From Lentisphaeria bacterium (GTDB taxonomy: Bacteria; Verrucomicrobiota; Lentisphaeria; Oligosphaerales; JBFJXC01), in NCBI GenBank assembly GCA_041623325.1, contig JBFJXC010000002.1:1-44685 (forward strand): a stretch of 44,685 nucleotides of DNA, in the 5' to 3' direction. The notes under the pieces were generated by a model. That model was not told the origin of the DNA, did no database searches, and was given only the letters and a program-made list of their open reading frames with translations. Shown here one piece after another: positions 35,483-44,685 of this stretch. The translations under genes and the position numbers were made by a program. The stretch's first letter is position 1. The number at the start of each line of letters is the position of its first letter.

Positions 35483-35567
<85 letters not shown>

Positions 35568-35723
35568 GACTCCTCTTTCCTGCTTGACGGCCCTGCGGTT
35601 TCCGGACACCGGGGGCGCCCATGGCCCGCCATCCCCACTTAGACGCTACCGCCCTTTCGTTTCCGACGCCTTGGGCTTACACTATAAAAGAGAAGGGGTG
35701 CGCGAACCAACGGGAGATCAATC

Positions 35724-36794
35724 ATGAAAACGGTCCTGATGACGATCCTCATGCTGGCCTGTGTGACACTGGCCGAACCGGCCGAGTCACCCGAGCGAGC
35801 CTTCGCCTTCGCGGTGCAGCTTCAATTGGAGGGTTACGACGCGGAAGCTCTCTTGGAATTCAAGCGTTTTCTCTTCTACCATCCCGGCCATTCCAAGGTG
35901 CCCGAAGCCAAGCTGCAACTGGCCAAGCTTACCCTCCGCTACCTAGGGGACTTGGATCAAGCCACCTCCGCGCTGACCGAACTGCAGACCAGCCATCGCT
36001 ACAGCGCCGCCGCCCAAACCGCCGAACAGCTGCTGGCCTATATCCAGGAACATTCCGACTACGCAGGCCGGCCGCTGCGGCTTTACCTGCGTGGACAAGC
36101 CGCGGAAAGGCGACGGGAAGCCAACCAGGCGGTCGAGCACTTTCTCGAACTGCAACAAACCTGGCCACAGGCGCGACTGGCCGACTTGGCGCTTGTGGAC
36201 GCGGCCAGACTTCAAACCACGGAACTGGACCAACCCAACGCCGCCCTGGACACGCTCCGGCGACTGGCCGACACCTATCCCTTCAGTGCGCATCGTCCCG
36301 CCGCGGCTTTCATCCGGGCCATGGCCATTGAGGCACAATACGGACCCGGCACCGAGGCCATCAGCGCCTACGAGACCGTCGGCAAAGACTACCCCGACTC
36401 CGAATACGCCGGCAAGTCGGCCGTGCGCATCACCACCATACGCCGGCAGGCACAGTTGCTGCAGCGGCAGTACGACCCCGATTTCGTCCTCAACTACGAG
36501 GTCCTGAAAAGAGGCCACGCAGGCGCCAACAACTTTACGGTTGTCATCCAATTTTCGGCGGAGGCGACCGAACGCGGCATTCAGGCCACCTTGGAGGACG
36601 CCTTGCTCAAGCACTACAAGCTGCGACCGGACAAAGGCGACCGGGTGACGGTGGAAGCCTACTTCAACTATCCCCTCACCAAGGCTGGCACCGCCGAATG
36701 GACACCCGGCAGCGACCCGGTTTTCACCATCAGCAGGCGCAAGGCGACGGACCTGCTCAAGGACACGATCTTGGACATCTTCCGCAAAAAATAG
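35724..36794 (+). CDS. Exported TPR protein (BamD/YfiO/CpoB-like repeats) with an unknown C-terminal domain
   Basis: GGGAG SD and a signal peptide; repeated motifs HPGHSKVPEA, WPQARLADLA, YPFSAH and YPDSEYA. Confidence 0.8.
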   Translation: MKTVLMTILMLACVTLAEPAESPERAFAFAVQLQLEGYDAEALLEFKRFLFYHPGHSKVPEAKLQLAKLTLRYLGDLDQATSALTELQTSHRYSAAAQTAEQLLAYIQEHSDYAGRPLRLYLRGQAAERRREANQAVEHFLELQQTWPQARLADLALVDAARLQTTELDQPNAALDTLRRLADTYPFSAHRPAAAFIRAMAIEAQYGPGTEAISAYETVGKDYPDSEYAGKSAVRITTIRRQAQLLQRQYDPDFVLNYEVLKRGHAGANNFTVVIQFSAEATERGIQATLEDALLKHYKLRPDKGDRVTVEAYFNYPLTKAGTAEWTPGSDPVFTISRRKATDLLKDTILDIFRKK

Positions 36795-37056
36795 CCGGCC
36801 AGACGGGGCCAGCGGACCCGTGGCCTACTGGCCAGCACCACGGTTGAACCGTGATCCCAGGTTGGGCATGCTGGTTTTTCCCCTTTGCCATTGGCATTCG
36901 CCACTCCCATCGGGTATCGTTTCGCACTTGCAGGCGATCGTTCCAGGGAACGTTAGCCTAGTATCGGCTCAAAGCAGAACAGGACCTCCGGGGGCGGTGA
37001 TCCGGCTGCGACATATGATCTATGGTCAGCACTACGATTAGCGGACGGGAGCAGTC

Positions 37057-38559
37057 ATGGCAGGAAAACGAATTGCAGTCATCGACATTGGCAAGACCAA
37101 CAAGAAGGTCTTGATCTTCGATGAGAACCTGAGGATTTTAGACAGCGCCTACAAGAGCTTTGAAGAATTCGTCGAGGGGAACATCCACTACGAGCGGGTG
37201 GAGGAAGCCTTTGCCTGGTTCGTTGAACAGCTGAAACGCTTCAGCGCCACCTACTCGATCGGGGCCCTGTCCATCACCACCCACGGCGCCACCGCCATGT
37301 GCGTGGACGAGCACGGCAACCTGGCCATGCCCCCCGTTGCCTACACCACCGAGGCCGACCAGCAGTTCCGCCGCGAGTTCTACGATCTCTGCGGCACCCC
37401 GAAGACCCTTCAGCAGGAAACCGCCACCGCCGAGATCGGCGACATGATCAACCTCGGCAAGCTCATTTTCTTTCTGCAGAAAACCTGGCCGGAAAAAGTC
37501 GACTCGGTCAGCGCCATCCTCAACTATCCCCAATACTTCGGCTATCGCTTTACCGGAAAAAAGGGGGCCGAGCCGACCTTCACCGGCTGCCACACCTACT
37601 TGTACGACGTGGCCGACCAGACCTATTCGAGCGTGGCCGACAAGCTGGGCATCGCCGATAAGCTGCCTTGGCCCATCTCCAAATCCTGGGACGTGCTTGG
37701 AACCGTCACCGAAGAAATGGCCGAGCGAACCGGACTGTCCACGGACTGCCTGGTCACCCTGGGCATCCACGATTCCAACTCCTCCCTTCTGCCCTATCTG
37801 GTCAAGGGGCACACGAATTTCGTTCTGAACTCGACCGGCACCTGGTGCGTGGCCATGCATCCAACCCGGCAGGTCTCCTTCCAGGCCGACGAACTGGGCA
37901 AACTGGTTTTCTACAACTTGGACGCCTTCAATCACCCGGTCAAAACCTCGATCTTCATGGGGGGGCTCGAGTTCGAAACCTACCTGAAGCTGCTGCGCTC
38001 CCTCAACCAAACCCAGGACTGGCCTGAGTTCAAGGCCGACCGCCTGCAGCGGGTGGTCAGCGAGCGCAAGTTGTTCATCCTGCCCTCTGTGGTCAGGGGC
38101 ACCGGCCTTTTCCCGGACTCCAAACCCAGGGTCGTCGAAGGAGACCAGATCTTTGATTTCGACGAGATCCAAAACCGTACGCGCGTGCCGGAGTTCTTCT
38201 CGGACTACCAACTGGCCTGCGCCGTCCTGATTCTGTCGCTGGCCTACCAGACCAAGACGGCTCTGGATATGGCCGGATTCGCGGGAGCGGGCACCATCTT
38301 CACCGAAGGGGGCTTCCGCCAGAACAAAACCTACAATGCCCTGCTGACCGCCCTCTACCCCCAGGCCACCGTCGCCCTCACCGACATGAAAGAGGCCACC
38401 GCTTTCGGCGCAGCCATTCTCGGCAAGGCTGCACTGGACGGCACCACTCCCATGGAGACCGCCTCCTGTTTCGACATCGACACCGAATCCGTGCCGACCC
38501 TCAAACTCGACAACCTGGATGCCTACATCACCGACTTTACCCGGCACCTGGGGCGGTGA
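37057..38559 (+). CDS. FGGY-family carbohydrate kinase (RhaK/fuculokinase-like)
   Basis: IAVIDIGKTNKK, ITTHGAT, GCHTYL, LGIHDSNSSL, NSTGTWCV, EGGF and ATAFGAA. Confidence 0.88.
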   Translation: MAGKRIAVIDIGKTNKKVLIFDENLRILDSAYKSFEEFVEGNIHYERVEEAFAWFVEQLKRFSATYSIGALSITTHGATAMCVDEHGNLAMPPVAYTTEADQQFRREFYDLCGTPKTLQQETATAEIGDMINLGKLIFFLQKTWPEKVDSVSAILNYPQYFGYRFTGKKGAEPTFTGCHTYLYDVADQTYSSVADKLGIADKLPWPISKSWDVLGTVTEEMAERTGLSTDCLVTLGIHDSNSSLLPYLVKGHTNFVLNSTGTWCVAMHPTRQVSFQADELGKLVFYNLDAFNHPVKTSIFMGGLEFETYLKLLRSLNQTQDWPEFKADRLQRVVSERKLFILPSVVRGTGLFPDSKPRVVEGDQIFDFDEIQNRTRVPEFFSDYQLACAVLILSLAYQTKTALDMAGFAGAGTIFTEGGFRQNKTYNALLTALYPQATVALTDMKEATAFGAAILGKAALDGTTPMETASCFDIDTESVPTLKLDNLDAYITDFTRHLGR

Positions 38560-38595
38560 ACGGCACGGACAACCAGACCAAAAAGCGACGGCATC

Positions 38596-39324
38596 ATGCA
38601 ACCTAAACTTCGGGCCATCTTCTTCGATGTGGACGAGACCCTCTTCCCCACCAGCGAGTTCACCGAGCGGGCGCGCCGGGCCGCGGTCAAGGCCATGCAG
38701 GATGTCGGCCTGCGCATGCCGGTGGAAACCTGCTACCACGAACTGCTGGAAGTCATTTCTGAATTCGGTTCCAATTATGGCCAGCACTACGACAAGCTCC
38801 TGAGACGGATCTGCCCGGCCTACTGGCAAGGGATCAACCCGGCCGTCCTGGTGGCCGCGGCGGTGACCGCCTATCACGGCTGCAAGCGCGACAGCCTGGA
38901 GGCCTACCCCGATGTAATCGAGGTACTGCAGGAGTTGCAGCGAACCGACTTGATTCTCGGCATCATCACCCATGGCCTCGAGGTCAAACAGGCCGACAAG
39001 CTCTTGCGCCTGGGCGTTTACCCATACCTCTGCCCCCAGGCCATTTTCATCACGGAACAGCTCGGCATATCCAAGCCCAACCCCAAACTGTACCGACGGG
39101 CCTGCAACGCCATGGGCGTCTCCCCGGAGGAGGCGATCTACGTCGGCGACCACCCCGTGGACGACGTGGACGCGGCCAACGCGGCCGGCATGATCACCAT
39201 CCGAGTCCGCCGCGGCGGACGGCACCTGAACCAGGACGGCAAGACGTCGGCAAACTACGAGCTGAAGAATTTCCACGACTTGGACGACATTGTCCGGGCA
39301 TGCCTGGAAGCCGGCAACGAATAA
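38596..39324 (+). CDS. HAD-superfamily hydrolase (TIGR02253-like)
   Basis: FFDVDETL, IITHG, KPNP and YVGDHPVDDVDAANAAGM. Confidence 0.9.
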   Translation: MQPKLRAIFFDVDETLFPTSEFTERARRAAVKAMQDVGLRMPVETCYHELLEVISEFGSNYGQHYDKLLRRICPAYWQGINPAVLVAAAVTAYHGCKRDSLEAYPDVIEVLQELQRTDLILGIITHGLEVKQADKLLRLGVYPYLCPQAIFITEQLGISKPNPKLYRRACNAMGVSPEEAIYVGDHPVDDVDAANAAGMITIRVRRGGRHLNQDGKTSANYELKNFHDLDDIVRACLEAGNE

Positions 39325-39337
39325 GGGGAGACAAGTC

Positions 39338-39640
39338 ATGACTTGGGACGAGCTGAACCAACACGAACTGGCCGTTTATTCCACGGCGTGGTGCCCCGAC
39401 TGCAAACGCTTGAAACAGCAGTTGGACGAACACGGCATATCCTATCGGGAGATCGACATCGAGCGCATTCCCGCAGCCGCCGAACGCCTGAAAAAGCGGA
39501 CGAACCGCACGGCCATACCGTACTTGGAAGTAGACGGTTCCATCATGGTTCGGGGCTGGCACGACGAAATGCCCGGCCATTGGAAGGAGGCGGTGTTTCT
39601 GGAGGAAATCGAGCAGGAACTGAACAAAGAAATTCCCTAG
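39338..39640 (+). CDS. Glutaredoxin/NrdH-like redoxin
   Basis: VYSTAWCPDCKRLK, EIDIE and AIPYLEVDG; AAGGGGAG SD. Confidence 0.9.
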   Translation: MTWDELNQHELAVYSTAWCPDCKRLKQQLDEHGISYREIDIERIPAAAERLKKRTNRTAIPYLEVDGSIMVRGWHDEMPGHWKEAVFLEEIEQELNKEIP

Positions 39641-39697
39641 CGCCCCCCGCAGGCCCACTCGCCGCCCCGTCAAGAGGCCCTGACCGCCGAGCGATGC

Positions 39698-40159
39698 CTA
39701 GAGCGAAAAGTCCATGACCGTCGGTTTGACCAACCGGGAAAAGTCCGCGTAGTTCAGGATGATCAGCTCCCGGTGCGTGCCGGCATTGAACGCGATCTCG
39801 TGGTCCCCCGTCAAGCTTCTCTCCACCAGCACATCCAGGCCGAAAAGGTTCCCGAACGGCGGCATGGCCCCCACTTCGCACCCCGGAAACAGCTTCTGAA
39901 ACTCCCCCTCCGTGGCCAGCTCAACCTTGTCCGACCCGAGCGCCTCCCTTAATAGATTCAGGTCAACCTTCTGGGAGGCAGGCAGCACGGCCATGGTCAT
40001 CTTGCCGTCCACCTTCACCATGACCGTCTTGCCGAAAATCTTGCCGGTAATCCGGGCCGAAGCGGCCGTTTCCTGGCCGGTGTAGGCCAGCGAATGGGAA
40101 ATGGTCATGTACTTGACACCATGGTCGTCCAAATACTGTCTGAGTTTCTGAATCGGCAT
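39698..40159 (-). CDS. YbaK/ProX-family aminoacyl-tRNA deacylase
   Basis: HSLAYT, KTVMV, LATE, GAMPPFG and FNAGTH. Confidence 0.92.
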   Translation of the reverse strand: MPIQKLRQYLDDHGVKYMTISHSLAYTGQETAASARITGKIFGKTVMVKVDGKMTMAVLPASQKVDLNLLREALGSDKVELATEGEFQKLFPGCEVGAMPPFGNLFGLDVLVERSLTGDHEIAFNAGTHRELIILNYADFSRLVKPTVMDFSL

Positions 40160-40311
40160 GTCCGCACCCTCCAGATTAATCTGCCCTTGCCGCTTGGAAA
40201 CCTACCTGTAGAAGATTACACCAAACAGCCCCGAAGATCAACGCTAAGCAGCATGGCCCGATTTCTGAAAACCGGCAGGCAAAATGGGGTGCAGGCGGAA
40301 GACGGGGGGAA

Positions 40312-40388
40312 TGGTGCGCGCTACAGGACTCGAACCTGTGACCTCAGCCGTGTGAAGGCTGCGTTCTAGCCAGCTGAACTAAGCGCGC
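40312..40388 (-). tRNA. tRNA-Val(CAC)
   Basis: 77 nt: GCGCGCTTAGTTCAG...CAGCC-TTCACAC-GGCTG...GGTTCGAGTCC...GCGCGCACCA. Confidence 0.96.
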
Positions 40389-40417
40389 AACTGAGTACCG
40401 CGGTTGCGATGGCGCTT

Positions 40418-40445
40418 ACTTTAGAGAGGCGCAGGCGTTTTGCAA
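40418..40445 (-). promoter_or_regulatory. Putative tRNA-Val promoter
   Basis: TTGCAA-N16-TAAAGT, 30 bp upstream of the tRNA. Confidence 0.5.
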
Positions 40446-40683
40446 CTTGTCCGGAGGCTATTTTCAGGCAAACTTCGCAAGAAAACGCCTTTGCGAATGC
40501 AATATGGCAAAGCCGCCGCCCCGGGAGAGGACGGAAGCAGCCAGCGGCATGGCCCTGAAATTGGCCGGGGCCAGCGGACCGCCCCTCTCTATTTTCCCGG
40601 CGGCAACGGCGTGAAATTCGCCGAAAAAGGTTTTAGATTATGGACCTCTACCCACCCAACCAGAGATAAGGAGTATACAAACG

Positions 40684-40809
40684 ATGAGTGGTGCAGGCAA
40701 AGGTGACACCCCCCGTCCAATCGACAAGACCAAGTATGACAACAACTACGCGGGCATTGACTGGGGCAAGAAGGACGACAAGTCCCAGGACAGTCAGAAG
40801 AAGAAATGA
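40684..40809 (+). CDS. 41-aa small hydrophilic protein not in the ORF track (MSGAGKGDTPRPIDKTKYDNNYAGIDWGKKDDKSQDSQKKK)
   Basis: AAGGAG SD at 40668-40673, ATG start, host-like codons (AAG, GAC, AAC) and a strong terminator 27 bp downstream. Confidence 0.8.
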   Translation: MSGAGKGDTPRPIDKTKYDNNYAGIDWGKKDDKSQDSQKKK

Positions 40810-40835
40810 CCAGCCGACCACAGACAGCTGGTTGC

Positions 40836-40871
40836 AAAGGCCGACGGATTTTCCGTCGGCCTTTTTTTTTT
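40836..40871 (+). terminator. Intrinsic terminator
   Basis: GGCCGACGGA-TTT-TCCGTCGGCC followed by T10. Confidence 0.92.
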
Positions 40872-40974
40872 CGGGTTTCACATTCGGCCTTCCCGCCTTA
40901 CTCTTACTATGGAGCCAATCACGGCGGAACTTGGCAGACGCCTGAAGCGCCCTTCTACTCCGAGGCCTGGCAAC

Positions 40975-41733
40975 ATGAAACTCGACGCTAGACTAACCGG
41001 CCTGCTGCTACTGGCCTGCCTGACCGCGGCACCAGCCGCGGAAGACAGACTGGAAACCATCGTGCGGACCATCGACCAGCTCTACCGCAGCGATTCCAGC
41101 TACTCGGAAGTCGAAATGAGCATCGTCACCCCCCACTGGCAGCGGACCCTGGACATGAAAGTCTGGACCGCCGGCATGGAGAAGACCTTCGTGCGCATTC
41201 TCTCCCCAAAGAAGGAGAGCGGCATGGGCACCCTACGCCTGGGCAGCCAAATGTGGAATTACCTGCCCCGCACCAACAAGATCATCAAAATCCCCCCCTC
41301 CATGATGATGAGTTCCTGGATGGGATCGGATTTCACCAACGACGACCTGGTCAAGGAATTCACCTTTGTGGACGACTACACCTTCCGGATGACGACTCCT
41401 GCAGACGCCGCCGAGGGGCTTCTGCACCTGGAATGCCGCCCCAAACCGGGCCGGGCCATCGTCTGGAACAAGGTGGCCATCACGGTGCGGGAGCAGGACT
41501 ACCTGCCCGTGCGCCTGGACTACTACGACGAGAAGGAGCGGCTCATGCGAACCCTGACCTATTCGGACGTGGCCGTGCTGGGGGGACGCACCCTGCCTAC
41601 GCTTCTGGAGATGACCCCACGGAACAAGACCGGGCAGGCCACCCGGATTCGCTATAAGAAGGTGGAGTTTGACGCCGCCGTGGACGAGCAGACCTTTTCG
41701 CTGCGGCATCTCAGATCAAGAAGTATCCACTAG
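40975..41733 (+). CDS. LolA-like outer-membrane lipoprotein-sorting protein
   Basis: Signal peptide; MWNYLP, IKIPPSMMMSSWMGSDFTNDD and YYDE...R. Start at ATG 40975. Confidence 0.88.
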   Translation: MKLDARLTGLLLLACLTAAPAAEDRLETIVRTIDQLYRSDSSYSEVEMSIVTPHWQRTLDMKVWTAGMEKTFVRILSPKKESGMGTLRLGSQMWNYLPRTNKIIKIPPSMMMSSWMGSDFTNDDLVKEFTFVDDYTFRMTTPADAAEGLLHLECRPKPGRAIVWNKVAITVREQDYLPVRLDYYDEKERLMRTLTYSDVAVLGGRTLPTLLEMTPRNKTGQATRIRYKKVEFDAAVDEQTFSLRHLRSRSIH

Positions 41734-41786
41734 CATTAATACTGGAGAGGGCAATCTCCACCACTGGTGACGTCTGGGGAGGCAGA

Positions 41787-42998
41787 ATGTTCAAGATCGC
41801 CTTTCGCAACGTGTTCCGCCAGAAGCGCCGCACGCTGCTGACGATATCGACCATGAGCGGCGGCTTCGTGCTGGCCGCCATCTCCATCGGCTGGTCCGAT
41901 GGCACCTACAACGAGGTCATCGACCTGTTCACCCGCCACCGCCTGGGCCATATCCAGATACATGCGAAGGACTATCTGGACCGCCCCTCCCTCTACAAAA
42001 CGATCGACCAGCCCGCCCAAATCGGCAGACGGATCGCCCGCATCGCCGGGGTGGATTCCTGGGCACCCCGTCTGCATTCCCCCGCCCTGGCCTCGTCGGC
42101 GGAAAAGGCGGCGGCGGTTCGCATTATCGGTATCGACCCTCTCAGAGAGGAAAACACGACCCGTTGGAGCCGGCACCTCGCCCGGGGTGAGGCCTTTTCT
42201 CGGGACGGCCCCAACGAAGCCATTCTGGGCAAGGGACTCAGCCGACTGCTGGCATGCGACGTGGGCGGGTCGGTGATCCTGGTTTCCCAGGGGGCGGATG
42301 GCTCCATTGCCAACGACCGCTACACGGTCGTGGGCATCGCCGACAGCGGCGACGAGACCACCGACCGCACCTCCTGCTACCTGCGCCTCGGCGATGCCCA
42401 GGAACTGCTGGTGCTACCCGGCCGGGTCCACGAGCTTGTGGTTACGGTCAACCGCCTCGACCGGGTCCTGCCTCTGGCCCAGCAGATTTCAGAACTCTTG
42501 CACGACCCAAACCTGACTGTGGCTGCCTGGCAGGAATTTGCCGAACCCTTTTACCAAGCCATGAAAGCGGATCGAAAGGGCATGTGGATCATGCTTGTGG
42601 TGATCATGCTCGTGGTGGCCGTGGGTGTGCTGAACACCGTGCTGATGGCGGTTCTGGAGCGGCAGAGGGAATACGGAGTCCTCAAGGCCATCGGCACACG
42701 CCCCGGGCAAATCTTCCGGTTGATTCTGTGCGAAGTCTGCCTGATGGCCCTGATCAGCGTGGTCCTGGCCAGCCCGGTCGCCCTGCTGGCCAACTGGCTG
42801 TTGTGCCTGTACGGCATCCGGTTGCCTGAACCGATCTCCTACGGAGGAGTCCTCTTCCAGACCATGCATGCCGAGATCAACCTGGCCAGCTTTGTCATCC
42901 CGACCCTGACCGTGGTGCTGACCGCCTGCCTGGTGGCTGTCTTGCCTGCCTGGAAAGCGATGCGCACCCACCCCGCCCACGCCATGAGAAAGGTGTAG
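41787..42998 (+). CDS. ABC transporter permease, FtsX/LolE-like
   Basis: IAFRNVFRQKRRT, GHIQIH and LNTVLMAVLERQREYGVLKAIG. Confidence 0.92.
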   Translation: MFKIAFRNVFRQKRRTLLTISTMSGGFVLAAISIGWSDGTYNEVIDLFTRHRLGHIQIHAKDYLDRPSLYKTIDQPAQIGRRIARIAGVDSWAPRLHSPALASSAEKAAAVRIIGIDPLREENTTRWSRHLARGEAFSRDGPNEAILGKGLSRLLACDVGGSVILVSQGADGSIANDRYTVVGIADSGDETTDRTSCYLRLGDAQELLVLPGRVHELVVTVNRLDRVLPLAQQISELLHDPNLTVAAWQEFAEPFYQAMKADRKGMWIMLVVIMLVVAVGVLNTVLMAVLERQREYGVLKAIGTRPGQIFRLILCEVCLMALISVVLASPVALLANWLLCLYGIRLPEPISYGGVLFQTMHAEINLASFVIPTLTVVLTACLVAVLPAWKAMRTHPAHAMRKV

Positions 42999-43039
42999 AG
43001 CGAATGCTGCAACCCGACATAGGCACCTAGGAGTCCAAC

Positions 43040-44260
43040 ATGACGGTCACCCTGGCCTGGCGAAATCTAATGCGCAACAAGCGGCGCACCTTCATTGCTG
43101 GAACCGCCATTGGCATCGGCCTGGCCGGCCTGATCTTCGTTGATGCCCTCGTGATCGGCATGGAGGAGAACATGGTCCGCACAGTCACGGCCTCCTACCT
43201 GGGAGAAGCCCAGATCCACGCCCGGGGATACCGGGATACCCCCGAGGTCGAAACCACCTTGGCAAGCCTGGATTCTCTTGTCCGCCGCCTGGATTCCGAC
43301 CCCCGCGTGGCCGCCTTCACCCCCCGCCTGATGAGTCCGGCCATGGTCTCCTCCGCAGCCAACCTGGGTGCCATCCTCCTGACCGGAGTCGAACCCGGCA
43401 CGGAGCGGTTGATCAGTCAAGTCGACGACACCATGGTCAGCGGAACCTTCTTTGCCGAAGACAACCCCCAGGACATCGTGATCGGCTGGAAGTTGGCCGA
43501 ATTGCTGGAGGTGGACATTGGAGACCGCGTGGTGGTCACCGTGGCTCAAGCTGGCAGCGGCCACCTCTCCCAGGAACTTTTCTGCATTTCAGGCATCTTC
43601 CGCTTCGGCGCTCGCGAGATGGACCAGCTCAGCGCATTCGTGCGCCTGTCCAAGGCCCGGCAGATGCTGAACCTCCCCTTGGCCGCCCATCAGATCGCCC
43701 TCACCTTCCACAATCCGGCTTTGGCCAGAGACGGCGCCAACGGCTTCTGGGCGGACTATTCAACCGAAGGCAACCAAGCGGTGGGCTGGCCGGTGATCGT
43801 ACCCCAACTGCGGGCCACTTTCGAACTGTCCAACATCAGCCTGGCCGTCATCAGCACCATCCTGCTGGCGGCGGTGGCGCTGAGCATTCTCAATACGCTT
43901 TTCATGGCCGTGTACGAGCGCATGTTTGAATTCGGAGTCCTGCGTGCCTTGGGCACCCGCGCCTCCAGTCTCTGCAAGCTCATTCTGGCCGAGGCGGCCT
44001 TGCTCGGTCTGATCAGCTGCTTGCTGGGTATGCTCCTGGGACTAACCGTGACCGCCGCTTTCGCACGTCTGGGCATCGACTACCGCGGAATCGAAATGAT
44101 CGGCCTGACCGTACGCGACCTCATTTACCCCGTCATCCAGACCAGACAGTTCACACTCTACCCACTTCTCGTCCTGGCTTTCGCCACCCTCATCGGCATC
44201 TATCCGGCTGTGCACGCGGCCAGAATCCCCCCCGCCGACGCCCTTCGCAAGAGCCTGTGA
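43040..44260 (+). CDS. ABC transporter permease, FtsX/LolE-like (second paralog)
   Basis: LAWRNLMRNKRRT, LNTLFMAVYERMFEFGVLRALG and YPA..A....P..ALR. Confidence 0.92.
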   Translation: MTVTLAWRNLMRNKRRTFIAGTAIGIGLAGLIFVDALVIGMEENMVRTVTASYLGEAQIHARGYRDTPEVETTLASLDSLVRRLDSDPRVAAFTPRLMSPAMVSSAANLGAILLTGVEPGTERLISQVDDTMVSGTFFAEDNPQDIVIGWKLAELLEVDIGDRVVVTVAQAGSGHLSQELFCISGIFRFGAREMDQLSAFVRLSKARQMLNLPLAAHQIALTFHNPALARDGANGFWADYSTEGNQAVGWPVIVPQLRATFELSNISLAVISTILLAAVALSILNTLFMAVYERMFEFGVLRALGTRASSLCKLILAEAALLGLISCLLGMLLGLTVTAAFARLGIDYRGIEMIGLTVRDLIYPVIQTRQFTLYPLLVLAFATLIGIYPAVHAARIPPADALRKSL

Positions 44261-44602
44261 TGCCCACAATTGCCCCGGCTTTGGGCAACACATCCTCCTG
44301 GTGACCAGCAAACCAGCGGATAAACGCAGGCTACCCCCAGGCACCACCCTGCTCAACACCATCAGCGGAAGTTCGATGTTTGAATCCTGCTACCGCGCCT
44401 ATCGCTGCCCGCTGCCGGCTCCCAAGCCCTGACCCATTAAACCATTGGACATGGCACCTTGTACACCTGAGAACGCAGGGGGGCTTAGAAGCTGTTTCCT
44501 AAGGAGAAAAAACGCCAGCAAGGGCTGATTCCAGAGAAATTTGCCTGTGCAATGCATTTGTTTACAATGAGTTGGATTTTTAAAAATAGTATCCTATACC
44601 TT

Positions 44603-44679
44603 TCCTGTACCGGCTCTGGATGAGTCGAGCTGAGCCGATAGGCGTTAGCTCGGCTCGACTCATCCAGGACGGGACAGGA
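44603..44679. other. Long stable hairpin just upstream of a GGAGG SD at the window end
   Basis: 20-bp stem CTGGATGAGTCGAGCTGAGC/GCTCGGCTCGACTCATCCAG (one G-U pair) plus an outer TCCTGT/ACAGGA stem; no U-tract. Confidence 0.7.
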
Positions 44680-44685
44680 TGGAGG

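Noticed and set aside
37138-39339. 733-aa minus-strand ORF
   Set aside because: It is the antisense shadow of the well-supported FGGY kinase and HAD genes. Such shadows are expected at high GC3, and it shows no motifs.

Overview
GC-rich, mostly housekeeping stretch of a bacterial chromosome. The host is probably an anaerobic PVC-superphylum member such as Lentisphaerae; this is inferred from the long GreA, the AddAB-type helicase/nuclease pair, the His6-type HisA and the [FeFe]-hydrogenase. Left to right: the 3' part of an NqrF-like oxidoreductase and an uncharacterised neighbour, a fatty-acid desaturase, hisA/trmL/argH/holA, a trimeric HydABC-type [FeFe]-hydrogenase operon with a Rex-like operator, an AlbA_2/Schlafen-domain protein, a kinase-like membrane protein, an SGNH hydrolase, a beta-CASP nuclease, long GreA, yajC-secDF, addBA, an SSS transporter flanked by gene relics (Fe-ADH, tatC/tatA), queD, three tRNAs, an FGGY kinase-HAD-glutaredoxin cluster, a YbaK deacylase, an unannotated 41-aa protein and a LolA-like/double FtsX-permease cluster. 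I saw no CRISPR array, integrase or transposase. The most notable observations are a HydB that has bifurcation-type FMN/NADH motifs but lacks the Zn/B2-site ligands, a covarying three-hairpin REP/REPIN-like repeat family, the small protein, the Schlafen-like and kinase-like pair, and the decayed patch around the SSS gene. All family calls come from motif recognition by eye; no database searches were run.
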